Position numbers and translations under genes: made by a program. A stretch of 37,366 nt of DNA. Source: Octopus sinensis. Its lineage: Eukaryota. Numbering within the stretch: position 1 is the stretch's first letter; each line of letters begins with the position of its first letter. The stretch lies in the NCBI RefSeq assembly GCF_006345805.1, contig NW_021834095.1:1-37366 (forward strand), written 5' to 3'. A model generated the notes under the pieces. It was not told where the DNA came from. It worked only from the letters and a program-made list of their open reading frames with translations, and ran no database searches. Below, one piece after another: positions 1 through 11,184 of this stretch.

Positions 1-373
1 CACATGGTTCCGGTTCAGTCCCACTGCGTGGCATCTGGGCAAGTGTCTTCTGCTATAGCCCCGGGCCGACAATGCCTTGTGAGTGGATTTGGTAGACGGA
101 AACTGAAAGAAGCCTGTCGTATATATGTATATATATATATATGCGTGTGTATATGTTTGTGTGTCTGTGTTTTTGTCCCCTAGCATGCTTGACAACCGAT
201 TGCTTGTGTGTTTTACGTCGCCGTTACTTAGCGGTTCGGCAAACAGACCGATAGAATAAGTACTGGGCTTACAAAGAATAAGTCCCGGGGTCGATTTGCT
301 CGACTAAAGGCGGTGCTCCAGCATGGCCGCAGTCAAATGACTGAAACAAGTAAAAGAGTAAAAGAGTAAAGAG
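1..373 (+). mobile_element. tRNA-derived SINE, family A (5' end cut by the window edge)
   Basis: Near-identical to 17077-17451. B-box-like GGTTCAGTCCC, internal (TA)/(TG) tract, tail GGCGGTGCTCCAGCATGGCCGCAGTC..GACTGAAAC followed by (AAAGAGT)n-like repeats. Confidence 0.85.
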
Positions 374-399
374 TTTATATGTATAAGCCACGTTTTATA

Positions 400-1544
400 T
401 AGTTACCTTGAAGTTGAGTATTAAATGTAACGTTCAATATTCTTTGTATGGGTAACTAACAATTATTTTCATAGGATTTTGCTATCCCTGAATGTAGCTT
501 GTAACCTGTGTTTTATTTGAACAACAAAAAGAAAAGAATGTAGTTGAGAAAGATCCTTCAATTAAACAAATGTTTAAGATTGTAGCAGAAAAGATCATTC
601 TTCTTTGGCAGGCATCAATCCCTTGTGTTACGATTAAGTCAGTTAAACCGAAAATCTTTAACTTTTATCTAAAGTACCAACCATTACAAAAACCTGTGAA
701 AATACAAATAACTGTGCCATTGTTTCAAACAAGGTGTAATGTGTTTGAAAACAATGCAACAAAAGATATATTTGACATTTCCAGTTGCAAGTGCAAATCC
801 TTTAAAAACTACAGTTGTAGTAGAGACAAAAAAGTACCAGAGAGAGAAAAAGATTTTTTACAGGATCAAGAGGCAAATCGAAAAATGGTCGTTGGCGGAA
901 TAGATCAAGCAGTCTCTAAATAGAACGTTAAGAGGTTGATAAGAAAGGATCAACCTTCACCACAGTCGCCCTTCAACGTCAGCAAAGGAAAGTTTAAGAT
1001 TTTGTTTTAACTGACTCGTTCGTGTCACAAGGGATTAACGACTTTCTCCAAAGAATAATCTTTTCTGTTACAATCTTGAAAATTTGCTTAATTAATTTTA
1101 ATGCGTGTGCAATCTAGACCTCATAAAACACATATATTCGGTGACTTAGTATTAAAAATAATAAAGACTTCGTATTAAAAGTAATAACGAAAACAAAGTC
1201 GAAAAGTCTACTTATAATTTCAAAATTTCAAGTGCGTTGCGGAGCCTTAAGATATACATTTCAGAGACTGAGATTTTCTCGCTTTTGTTTTTAAAGAATT
1301 TCGCAAAAGAAAATTGACTTGTAACAATGAATGTAAAAATTAAAATGAGGAGCGTCAAAGGTGTTATAAATTGATTTTTCGCTCATTATTCAAAATTTCA
1401 AGTGGGCGACGGAGCCCGAAGATGTCAATTTAAGAACTTCAGATTTTAACACACTTGTTTTTAAAGGATTTCCCCAATGACAAATACAATCTTTAAAATG
1501 TTTTGAAAATCTGTGTAAAAAGTACTCTTTTCGCTACACCCTAA
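400..1544 (+). mobile_element. Decayed hAT-superfamily (hATm-like) DNA transposon remnant
   Basis: ORF 570-923 has LW.QASIP and DIFDISSCKCK..C....KVP..E.DFL.DQ...RKM.VGGID motifs, recalled from hATm-type transposase N-termini. Two ~90 bp subterminal direct repeats (~1218-1308, ~1389-1478). Terminus CACCCTAA (revcomp TTAGGGTG) at 1537-1544. Left boundary approximate. Confidence 0.5.
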
Positions 1545-1888
1545 TATATATTATTGATTTGGATTGTTGGTATGGCTGTGGAATCGTATTATAACACATC
1601 CTTTTGATATATATATATATATATACATATAAACTAAAAAGCTAATTCAAAAATGTCTTTAAAATCGAAAGGATTTGACAGCGATTTCTTAAACCCAAGA
1701 GGACATCACTTCCAGCTGGTTAACGATACACTGCTGCATCCGATATATTGCGAGCAAGGAAAAGATATCCTACCATCATCTAGTGACGAGACCAGCTTTC
1801 CAGTCTGGCTTAGGGCTATTTCTGCCTCTCTTCAGTACCGGATACCTCGTCTGCTAGAGAAGTCAGTAGCTCACTTCTGCTCGTAATA

Positions 1889-1934
<46 letters not shown>

Positions 1935-1987
1935 ATATATATATTATTATATATATATATATAAATTCAAGCGACACACGAGCGGTG

Positions 1988-2117
1988 ATTATTATTATTA
2001 TTATTATTATTGTTATTATTATTATTATATTATTATTATTATTATTATTATTTTATTATTATTATTATTATTATTATATTATTATTATCATATTATTATT
2101 ATTATTATTATTTATTA

Positions 2118-2152
<35 letters not shown>
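1988..2152. repeat. (ATT)n microsatellite
   Basis: Seen directly. Confidence 0.95.
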
Positions 2153-2154
<2 letters not shown>

Positions 2155-2602
2155 TAGTAGTTTTATTTTTATAGCGTGCTTTCACTTCTCTACCGAGCGC
2201 AGCTCTGTGTGCCTTGGTATGTGCTGTGATTTGTTGTGATGCTCTGATGGTTATTGTAAGGAAAGTGTTCTACGTAGGATGTGTGCAGTACCTAGTAGTG
2301 CAATTTTCTGTATGTTATATGTGTTTGTAAGTCCTGGTGTCTTTGTTATGTATTTGTCTGAATATCTTTTTATCATGCCTAATGCACCTACAATGATAGG
2401 GATTGTTTCGGTTTTTAGATTCCACATTCTTTGTATTCTTTCCAGGTCTTTGTATTTTGAAAGTTTCTCCATTTCTTTTAGAGACATCTGCCGGTATTGA
2501 TGCATCAATTAGAAAGCATTTTTTTTCTTCATGATTTCTGACAACTATATCTGGTATGTTGGCCTTAAATTCTCTATCTGTGTGTATCGGCTTATTTCAG
2601 AG

Positions 2603-2604
<2 letters not shown>
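2155..2604 (-). mobile_element. R4/Dong-like non-LTR retrotransposon 3' fragment (restriction-like endonuclease domain plus 3' UTR)
   Basis: Minus-strand translation PIHTDREFKANIPDIVV..KKCFLIDASIP..KEMEKLSKYKDL..IQRMWNLKTETIPIIVGALG..IQKIALLGTAHILRRTL (one frameshift) matches the PD..D RLE C-terminus. Flanked by (ATT)n on both sides. Confidence 0.85.
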
Positions 2605-2673
<69 letters not shown>

Positions 2674-2702
2674 GTTATTATTATTATTCAGGGCACTGCC
2701 TG

Positions 2703-2752
<50 letters not shown>

Positions 2753-2878
2753 TAATAATATAATAATAATAATAATGATGATGATGATGATGATGATGAT
2801 GATATGATGATGATAATGATGATGATGATGATGATGAGATGATGGTGGTGGTGGTGGTGGTGGTGGTGGTGGTGGTGG

Positions 2879-2936
<58 letters not shown>

Positions 2937-3055
2937 GGTGGTGGTGGTGGTGGTGGTGGTGGTGGTGATGATGATGATGATGATGATGATGATGCTGATG
3001 ATGATATAATAATAATAATAATAATAATAATAAAATAATAATAATAATAATAATG
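2605..3055. repeat. Compound trinucleotide microsatellite (ATT, AAT, GAT, GGT)
   Basis: Seen directly. It explains the poly-I/T/Y/L ORFs. Confidence 0.95.
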
Positions 3056-3114
3056 GTATTGTCTTATGGTATCGTCCTGTCACTCCATAGCGCCCAAATA
3101 GAAATTATAAGAAA

Positions 3115-3492
3115 TTAGCAGTACCGCCCGGCTTTGCTCGGGTTTGTTTCGACCCTTTAGAATTGTTATTTTTGAAAAGTAAAAAGTTTGCATTATGTAG
3201 CTTGTTATTCTCTTTAAGTGAACATTTTTCTGGTTGAAATACACTGAAAAATCGTGACACAGCATTCAAAAAATCGTAAAAAATAGGGATTTTCATAGAA
3301 AAAAAAGCACCTTTTGATGTAAATAACTTTTGGAGTTAACCTGGTCCGATTTGAATTTTTTCTTCTACGGAAAGAAGAGCAAGCCTTCTTCTATCATACT
3401 CTCAATTTTGGTCAACTTGCGCGGCAGGGTCTCGGAGGAGATAGTGTTAGTTGAAGGCTACCAAACCTGCCATACGCAGACAACTTCAGCTT
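3115..3492 (-). mobile_element. Non-autonomous Helitron, copy 1 (5' end clipped)
   Basis: Minus-strand 3' end CCCGAGCAAAGCCGGG hairpin + CGGTACTG + CTAA (CTRR). Highly similar to 6644-6996. Confidence 0.7.
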
Positions 3493-4572
3493 CATATCAG
3501 CCGAAACGTTGCGTTAACAACAAGCAAGATGAGGACTCATATCCGTCAAATGTAAGGAATGTAAATAATGTAAACACACGCACACACACATATATACATG
3601 CATATATGCATATGTATGCATACATACATACATTTATGGCTGCCCCATTGTTATCGAGTATGGCCATTGCACGAAGCTTAACTGTTACTGGTGCTGTGAT
3701 CGAACGTGACTTTTTAGCCCAGCTAAAGATCTACAACGTCTTCTACAAAATTGGCAACTAAAACCTTTATATATGCATGTGTGTGTGTGTGTGTGTGTGC
3801 CTATGTCTGTGTGTATGTGTGTGTGTGTGAGAGAGAGAGTGTGTGTGTGTGCGTGTATCTGAGACTCTTATGTGAATAGATGCACACCCTTGGGTGTATG
3901 CAACGACCGTCAAACTAACATACCAATTCAACTAGATATTTACAAACGCCGCGAACTCTCATATCTTAAAAAGCCTTCTCGCTTTGTTAGTGACTGGTTC
4001 GAAATCTCCGAAGAAGAACATAAATAAAACCAAAAACATATCATTCATAATAATTAAACTTTTAGAACACTCCGTTCTATGAGAAATCCCGCAATCACAA
4101 TGAACTTTTAAGTAACATATATGTGTGTGTATAAAAATAATAATATAATGAAGGCACTATTTTTACAGTACAGTTCATTAATTTCCAAGTTAAATGTTAC
4201 AGAATAGTATATGTTTTCAGAAACAAATTATCGCTACCAAATTATTCTAGAATATACTATTACATATTCTAAAATATCTTATCTTATTCAAAATACATTA
4301 CTACAAAAGTACACATTAACCAAGACTACGCATTTCAAAGTACATTTTTTTTTTACATTCATATCATTTGAAGATACATTGTTAAGCATCCCAAAGCCCT
4401 TAATTCCAAAATTACGTAATAAAATATTCACTGTTCATGGCATATTTTCATTGAAATGTATGTGCTCAATGTCTTACAACTATATATATATGTATGTATG
4501 TCCGAGTCAGACGACATGAGAGATCGTTAGCCACTACACACATTTTTTTCTCTCCTTGTTTTTTCTGTGTCC

Positions 4573-4608
4573 CTTTCTGTAGAAGAGCGTAGGCTCGAAA
4601 CGTAAAAG
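4573..4608 (+). ncRNA. Minimal hammerhead-like motif (variant core)
   Basis: CTTT-CTGTAGA-A-GAGC-gtag-GCTC-GAAA-CG-TA-AAAG: stems I and II pair; core has T at the A6 position. Confidence 0.5.
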
Positions 4609-4696
4609 ACTTATTCTATTTTTGAGCGTTATACTAATACATCTGTTTGTTTTCTACACCACCTGTCTTCGTCTTTTGTTATTTTTCGTAAACTCT

Positions 4697-4737
<41 letters not shown>

Positions 4738-4782
4738 CTGACAGGTATATGACCCTCACATGAGTATCTCTATCATCTCTAG

Positions 4783-4824
4783 ACTAAACTAGTTTCGCCT
4801 ATCAGTTGTAGGCTCGTCATTAGT
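4783..4824 (-). ncRNA. Minimal hammerhead-like motif (C3>A)
   Basis: Revcomp ACTA-ATGACGA-GCCTA-caactga-TAGGC-GAAA-CTAG-TT-TAGT: stems I and II pair; palindromic stem III ACTAGT. Confidence 0.6.
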
Positions 4825-4957
4825 GACTAATCAAATGTACGGTGGTTTCGCTTAATCTGTTTGTTAGTATATATTTTTTTATCATATAAATTGATCACTG
4901 ATTTAGCGAATTGCTAATGCGCATATTAAAGATTAATATAAACAACTAGGAAAATAT

Positions 4958-5238
4958 TACATAGGCACAATATAATGCTATAGAGGGAAAATGTTATTGT
5001 CATTAATTGTGACTGAGAGCGCTGAAGCACCTACATGGCAAAAAACAACAGTTAAAAACTCTTAATGCTGCATAAATATATACTAACAAAAGAGCACAAG
5101 ATAGTGTATATATTTCTTGCGCACTTCTTACACCATTAAGCGTTTTTAACTCTTATTTCTTGCAATCTAACTGCTTCCTCAGTCACAATTAATTACGATA
5201 AAAATTTTCCTTTATGGTACTATATTGCGCCTAGATGT
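4958..5238. repeat. Diverged fold-back (inverted repeat) element
   Basis: 4958-5017 is an imperfect reverse complement of 5177-5238 (shared TTAATTGTGACTGAG). Inner pair GTTAAAAACTCTTAATG / CATTAAGCGTTTTTAAC. Confidence 0.7.
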
Positions 5239-5254
5239 TTATATATTTATATAT

Positions 5255-5299
<45 letters not shown>

Positions 5300-5957
5300 T
5301 ATATATACATAGATAGAAGAGAGAGAGAGACACAAAAACACTCACACACACACATGTGCTTGGATTGACGTGTGAGTACATTTGAAATAACTGTTTAACG
5401 CTTGACACAAAGTGTGTCTCAACAGACAGATTTCATTATCTTTCACCTGCCTTACCACGGAAATATTACCAAAATACAGTAACAACAAAGTAAATAGCAA
5501 AAAATAAATATTAAATAAATTAATATATTGTCCAAGAAAACATTGGTGACCTTTGTCTAAAATCTTTTAGTAAACGTCCTAGTCAGTACGATGACAGAAA
5601 CCGTAACGTTTCGGTTAAATTTCCATCATCAAGTTGATATTTGTGAGATTTCGAGAAACGCTTTTCTTGGGAGACTGCCTGTATTCTTTTAAATGCTTAC
5701 TGTAGCACTGATTATATAGGTTTGCAGTTTGGACGTTTATACGGTATTGTTTCATTAATTTTAATGGATTAATCAAACGAATATTGTATTTACTGTGCTC
5801 ATTCAATTAAAAATAAAGTTTCGTTCATATTCAAATGTAAAGAAAATGATGATTATGATGATCATGATGTTGTTGGTGGTGGTGGTGGTGATAGTGGTGG
5901 TGGTGGTGGTGGTGGTGGTGGTGGTGGCTGTGGTGATGATGATGGTGGTGGTGGTGG

Positions 5958-6623
5958 GTCGCGTCCAAAGTCTCCCCAGGAACGTAGTCGCATTTCACTG
6001 TCACCTATCCTCTATAAATTTCTAAAGCGGAACATCCACCGATTCCATTGCCCGACTGGTAAAGAGCTGTGAGAGCCTGACGATATTCTAGATACCAGGT
6101 TCCAGTCTCCGTTTTTTCTTCACTCAGATCTACAGCTCCTTCAAGGAGACGAGTTGCAGAAAGATGGGTTTCACAAACGGAGCCCACAGATGCTTACCGT
6201 AGTTGCAGGTGGCATAAGCTAAGAGCGTGTCTGCGGATTAGGAGCCACGGCATACCTAATCCGCCACTCAGAGCATGCTGGACAGAGTGACCGTCTGACA
6301 ATTGGAACGCGTCTCTTTCACAAGAATTTAAATAAGAGACGCTGCCACTGATCAAGCAGTAACCGGAACAAGGCACGACGGTCAGACGATAAATGGTAAC
6401 GGAGGTGACGTAAGCATTCGCCACTTCTGCCTGAACTTTCTGGGACAGCTTCCTCTCAGCCTATTTCTAGGTAAGACTGTCCACTCTGTTCACCACCTTG
6501 TCCCAGTTCTTATCAACCTGGAGATGGGGACCAAATCAGACCCATGGCAGTTTAACTGGTTCGTCGATCCAGCGTCCGACGACGCCGTCTGATGGTATCG
6601 TCCTGTCACTCCATAGCGCCCAA
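5958..6623 (-). mobile_element. Tx1/L1-clade LINE ORF2 fragment (post-RT region), decayed
   Basis: Translation with stops and frameshifts: GRWIDEPVKLPWV*FGPHLQVDKNWDKV..ERKLSQKVQAEVANAY..YRLTVVPC..RLLFKFL*K..GGLGMPWL, resembling the L1/Tx1 pattern LS..GR....N...LF.FLW...GGLG.P. Confidence 0.7.
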
Positions 6624-6643
6624 ATAATAGAAATTATAAGGAA

Positions 6644-6996
6644 TTAGCAGTACCGCCCGGCGTTGCTCGGGTTCGATTGGACCCTTTAGAATTAGAATTT
6701 TTGAAAAGTAAAAATTTTGCATTATGTAGCTTGTTATTCTCTTTAAGTGAACATTTTTCTGGTTGAAATACACTGAAAAATCGTGACACAGCATTCAAAA
6801 AATCGTAAAAAATAGGGATTTCCATAGAGAAAAAAGCTCGATTTGAATTTTTTCTTCTACGGAAGGAAGAGCAAGACTTCTTCTATCATACTTTCAATTT
6901 TGGTCAACTTGCACAGCAGGGTCTCGGAGGAGATAGTGTTAGTTGAAGGCTACCAAACCTGCCATTCACATACAACTTCAGCCTTATATATATAGA
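6644..6996 (-). mobile_element. Non-autonomous Helitron, copy 2
   Basis: Minus-strand 5' TCTATATATATAAGG and 3' CCCGAGCAACGCCGGG hairpin + CTAA. Has a ~35 bp internal deletion relative to copy 1. Confidence 0.75.
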
Positions 6997-7290
6997 CACT
7001 ATAACTATTTTAAATACTTTATCTGATAATACATCGAAAATCTTTCTTTTGCTTTTTTTGGTGTCCATCGAATTCTTCAGTTTGAAAATTCTTCATATCC
7101 ATAAGCTTTATTCAGGTTATTCTGTAACTCTCATATTTTGACTCGCGCAGACACACACACTCACATAAGCACGCACATATAATCATATACCATCATACAG
7201 ACATATACTCACATATACTCAGACACACATATACTCACGTATGCACAAATGTACTTATATATGCATATATACTTACACACATAAACACAA

Positions 7291-7354
<64 letters not shown>

Positions 7355-7543
7355 TACGGATATATATAAGCATGCACGTATGTATGTATTTATGTATGAA
7401 TAAATACCTCTCTATATATACATAAATAAGGTAACTATACACGAATAGGTAGATAGATATATAGGTGAATAGCTAGCTAGATAGATAGACAGATAGATAG
7501 ATATAAACAGACACACATACATATTCTAGACAGCTCAATTGTG

Positions 7544-7574
7544 ACCGGCTTTGACCGGTTTACGGCACACCTAG
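7544..7574 (+). mobile_element. Possible isolated Helitron 3' terminus
   Basis: ACCGG-ctttga-CCGGT hairpin, ~11 nt spacer, CTAG followed by T. Confidence 0.35.
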
Positions 7575-7770
7575 TTTAACACACACACACACATATATAT
7601 TTACACATATATATGCGAGTGTATACGTACATATGTGAGTGCCAGTGTGTGTGTGTGTGTGTCCACAGATGTACACCCTATGACTTGTTTACGTCTGGGG
7701 AAATTCAATACACTTCACAAGATACGAAAAGACACCATTGTTTGAACGGATTTGCTTTTGATGCTTGCAC

Positions 7771-7772
<2 letters not shown>

Positions 7773-7839
<67 letters not shown>

Positions 7840-7878
7840 CATTATTATTATTATTATTATTAATATTAATATTAATAT
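7773..7878. repeat. (ATT)n microsatellite
   Basis: Seen directly. Confidence 0.95.
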
Positions 7879-7954
7879 TACTGTTTGATAATTTTACTTA
7901 GCTTTTCTTCCTTTTTTTCCTGTATTTTGCTCATGTTCCTTGCGTTCTTTTATG

Positions 7955-7988
<34 letters not shown>

Positions 7989-8538
7989 TATATGTATGTG
8001 TGTGTGTGTGTGTGTGTGCGTATGTGTGTGTGCGCGCGCGTGTGTGAGTGTCTGTGTATATATATCTCTGTGTGTGTTAGTGTGTGTATGTAAATATATG
8101 TACATATTTATGTATGGATGTATGTGTATACATGCATACATACATTCAAACATATATACATACATTGAGATGGAATTTATCGTTTAGAGTTTAATGGTCC
8201 GAGTATTTATTGTTGACTGACATCCACACTATTCTTGTATTTTTATTTATACATATATTTTAGCTTCAACAATTTGTAAAAAAAAAAATTTCTTCACACT
8301 TTTTTGTTTATTATGTAAGACAGACAGCAGCGTAAAAAAAACATAAATTTTAAAAAATACCTAAAATATTGAATATGAAATAGAAAAATATGAAGATATA
8401 AAAAATAAAGGGTGCGGTGCAGTGTGTGCACCAAAGTCTTTTATTCGCACTTGAAGTTTGCTTTTAAATTATACACCGAACGAAATACAATTATTTTAAA
8501 ATCCAATATTAGTGCAAAGACACACGCATTACGTGTAC

Positions 8539-8591
<53 letters not shown>

Positions 8592-8995
8592 CCATACATA
8601 CCATACACATGTGTATTTGTGACGTACATACATACGTACAAAAGTGCACATACGTATATATACATTATGTGCATAGATAGATATACAAAAATGACGATTA
8701 GATACGGGAAAATTCAGATGTCTAGTAACGTACGGTCCCGGTGATGCTTGATAGAAGAGATACAACTTTATCAAGATTAGATCACAAAATAGAAGGATTA
8801 ACGGAGACTCATGCCTCTAACAATATACGTGGATGCATTCGAGTAACGGCCATTACTTTCGTCAGCTGATAACTGTCGAATCAAATTACGTTCAATGTTA
8901 AAATGATAATAGTTCATACTTTAAATGAAATATTGCAATAATTGCTTGTATTAATATTGCTATCAATACTGCATTAATAATTATTAATCGGCACA

Positions 8996-9210
8996 AGGCA
9001 GCAAGATGGCAAAATCGTTAGCACGCCACGCGAAATGGCTAACGGCATTTCGTCTGTCTTTACGTTCTCTGTTCAAATTTCCCCGAGGTCAAATCTGCCG
9101 TACATTCTTTTGGGGTCGATAAAATATGAACTTAGCTGAGCAGAGGCACCCGATGTAATCGACTTCACCCGCTTCTCGGAGATTGCTGGCCATGAGCCAA
9201 AATTTGAAAC
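8996..9210 (+). mobile_element. tRNA-derived SINE, family B, older variant with alternative tail
   Basis: Head GGCAAAATCGTTAGCACGCC..GTTCAAATTTCC and body GGGGTCGATAAA; tail TTGCTGGCC..CCAAAATTTGAAAC shared with 34621-34826. Confidence 0.75.
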
Positions 9211-9289
9211 TTATTATTTTACTTGTTTCACTTATCAGACTGTGGCCATGCTGGAGTACCGATTAGAAATGTTTTAATAAGCGAGAATT

Positions 9290-10030
9290 TGTCAGAAGGT
9301 CTCTAGGAAAGCGAAATGACCCACGTTACATGACGAAAACAGTGAAGTTTGGCGGGTAAGAGTCTGATGCTTTGGGGATATATAAAAAGTGGTGGTTCGA
9401 AGAAGTTGGTTAAATTTGATTGTAACTTGCATAGTACCAAATACATGCAGTGGATGAAGGACAATTTGATACTAGGCTTGTATAAGGTAAGATTTTTCAG
9501 CATGACAGAACTCCATGTCACAGATCGCATGCAACACAACATAGTTTGACTGATAAAGGTGCTAGCGTATTGACTGATTGGCCAGCTCAGAGCCCTGGCT
9601 TAAATACCTATTTCTTTACTACCAACAAGGGGCTAAACACAGACAGGACAACCAAAGACAGACAAACGGATTATATCGACCCCAGTGCGTAACTGGTACT
9701 TATTTAATCGACCCCGAAAGGATGAAAAGCAAAGTCGACCTCGGCGGAATTTGAACTCAGAGCGTAGTGGCAGACGAAATACTGCTAAGCATTTCGTCCA
9801 GCGTGCTAACGTTTCTGCCAGCTCGCCACCTTTAATTACCCTGGCTTGAATAACATCGAGCAAATGTAGACAGAATTAAAGAGAAGAGTTCGTCTGAAGA
9901 ATTTCACGCAATCTTGAAGGGCTGTAGGAGCTCAGCCATAAAGAATGTGAAGATGTTGAAAGATTTGTACGCATCTCTTCCCAGGGCGCATTGAAGCAAT
10001 TATTCAAGGTAAGGGAAGCCACACGAAATA
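9290..10030 (+). mobile_element. Tc1-type transposase pseudogene fragment interrupted by a SINE
   Basis: TVKFGG/SLMLWG..IFQHDRTPCH..DWPAQSPGLN|NIEQM motifs across frameshifts. Boundaries approximate. Confidence 0.8.
9607..9830 (-). mobile_element. SINE family B inserted in the Tc1 fragment, with ~14 bp TSD
   Basis: Full head GGCGAGCTGGCAGAAACGTTAGC..GAGTTCAAATTCC on minus. Duplication CCCTGGCTTAAATA (9593) / CCCTGGCTTGAATA (9839). Confidence 0.85.
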
Positions 10031-10356
10031 TTAACAATGTATAGTAACTTCTTGAAATGAACATTACGTAATAAATTTTCATTATAGACATTTTTCTGTT
10101 TTGAAACAGCGTATCTTGATTGGTTTATGTGATGTGGCCGAGAACGTTTTCACGGCCATTTTTGGTGGTCGTCTCGCATCTTCCCCTCTCATTCAGAACC
10201 CCTACTATTAAATATAACGATTAGGCTTGGAAATGACTCCAACAAGACCAATGTTTCATCTGCAAAAAACGCAATATGAAGCATCCACTTATAAGTTGGC
10301 AATTAATAGAAATTTATAATAGTTTAAAGTGCCCGACGACTTTTGCACGGTACTGT

Positions 10357-10525
10357 ATTTATACGACGGGTTTCTTTCAGTTTCTGTCTACCAAATCCAC
10401 TAATAAGGCTGTGGTCTGCCCGAGGCTTTACTAGAAGACACTTGCTCAAATTGCACGCTGTAGAACTGAATCTGGAACCATGTAGTTGGGAAAGCAAGCT
10501 CCTTACCGAAGAGCCACGCATACGC
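10357..10525 (-). mobile_element. SINE family A, diverged 5' half
   Basis: Reverse complement resembles 17040-17200 (GGATTTGGTAGAC.GAAACTGAAAGAA.CC.GTCGTATA). Confidence 0.75.
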
Positions 10526-11133
10526 CTATTAATTCTAGTTCGATAATCTATCGATATCTATTTTATTTCATCATCCTAAGATTGGTGTTGTTGCAGAAGT
10601 GCATAAACATATCGTTATAACCGCTATAGAGAATTGTGTCTAAGTTGAAAGGAGCTTTTCGTGTCCTAGCTCCTGAAAAGGGATGCCCAAGGATTTGTGC
10701 TCACCTTGCAGCGGCCATCTTCAATAAAAATTGTGTTTATTCTGATTATCCTCGGTTAGACCAGCTGTGACATATTATTGAAAGAATGGACTGGTTGATT
10801 CAATATTTATAGATGAAAAATTGAAATATAATCTTTGAAATTTTGAACAGCGGGCGACTGATGTACTACAATGCAAGTTAATCGCAGTTATAACATTGAG
10901 TAAAAGTTGTGTGATCTTTGGTTGATCGTAGCTCATAAAATAAAGTTCTGGGTTGAATACTGAAATCCATGTTAGCCAAATATACCGAGCAAACTCAGTC
11001 GTGAGTTACGGAAAATCTGGTTGATTGGTAAGCAATTAAGACATTGTAAACTCTAAATATGAGGAGATGTGCACATGTATACATACACATAAACGAACAC
11101 ACACGCACGTATATACATATATATATATATATC

Positions 11134-11169
<36 letters not shown>

Positions 11170-11184
11170 TATATATATATATAT

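Noticed and set aside
1-250. Many small indels in this SINE relative to the 17038 copy
   Set aside because: May be low-quality consensus near a sequence end rather than biology; cannot be resolved without reads.
3080-3296. Duplicated small ORFs (also 6606-6825) suggesting a gene pair
   Set aside because: Incidental frames within the two non-autonomous Helitron copies.
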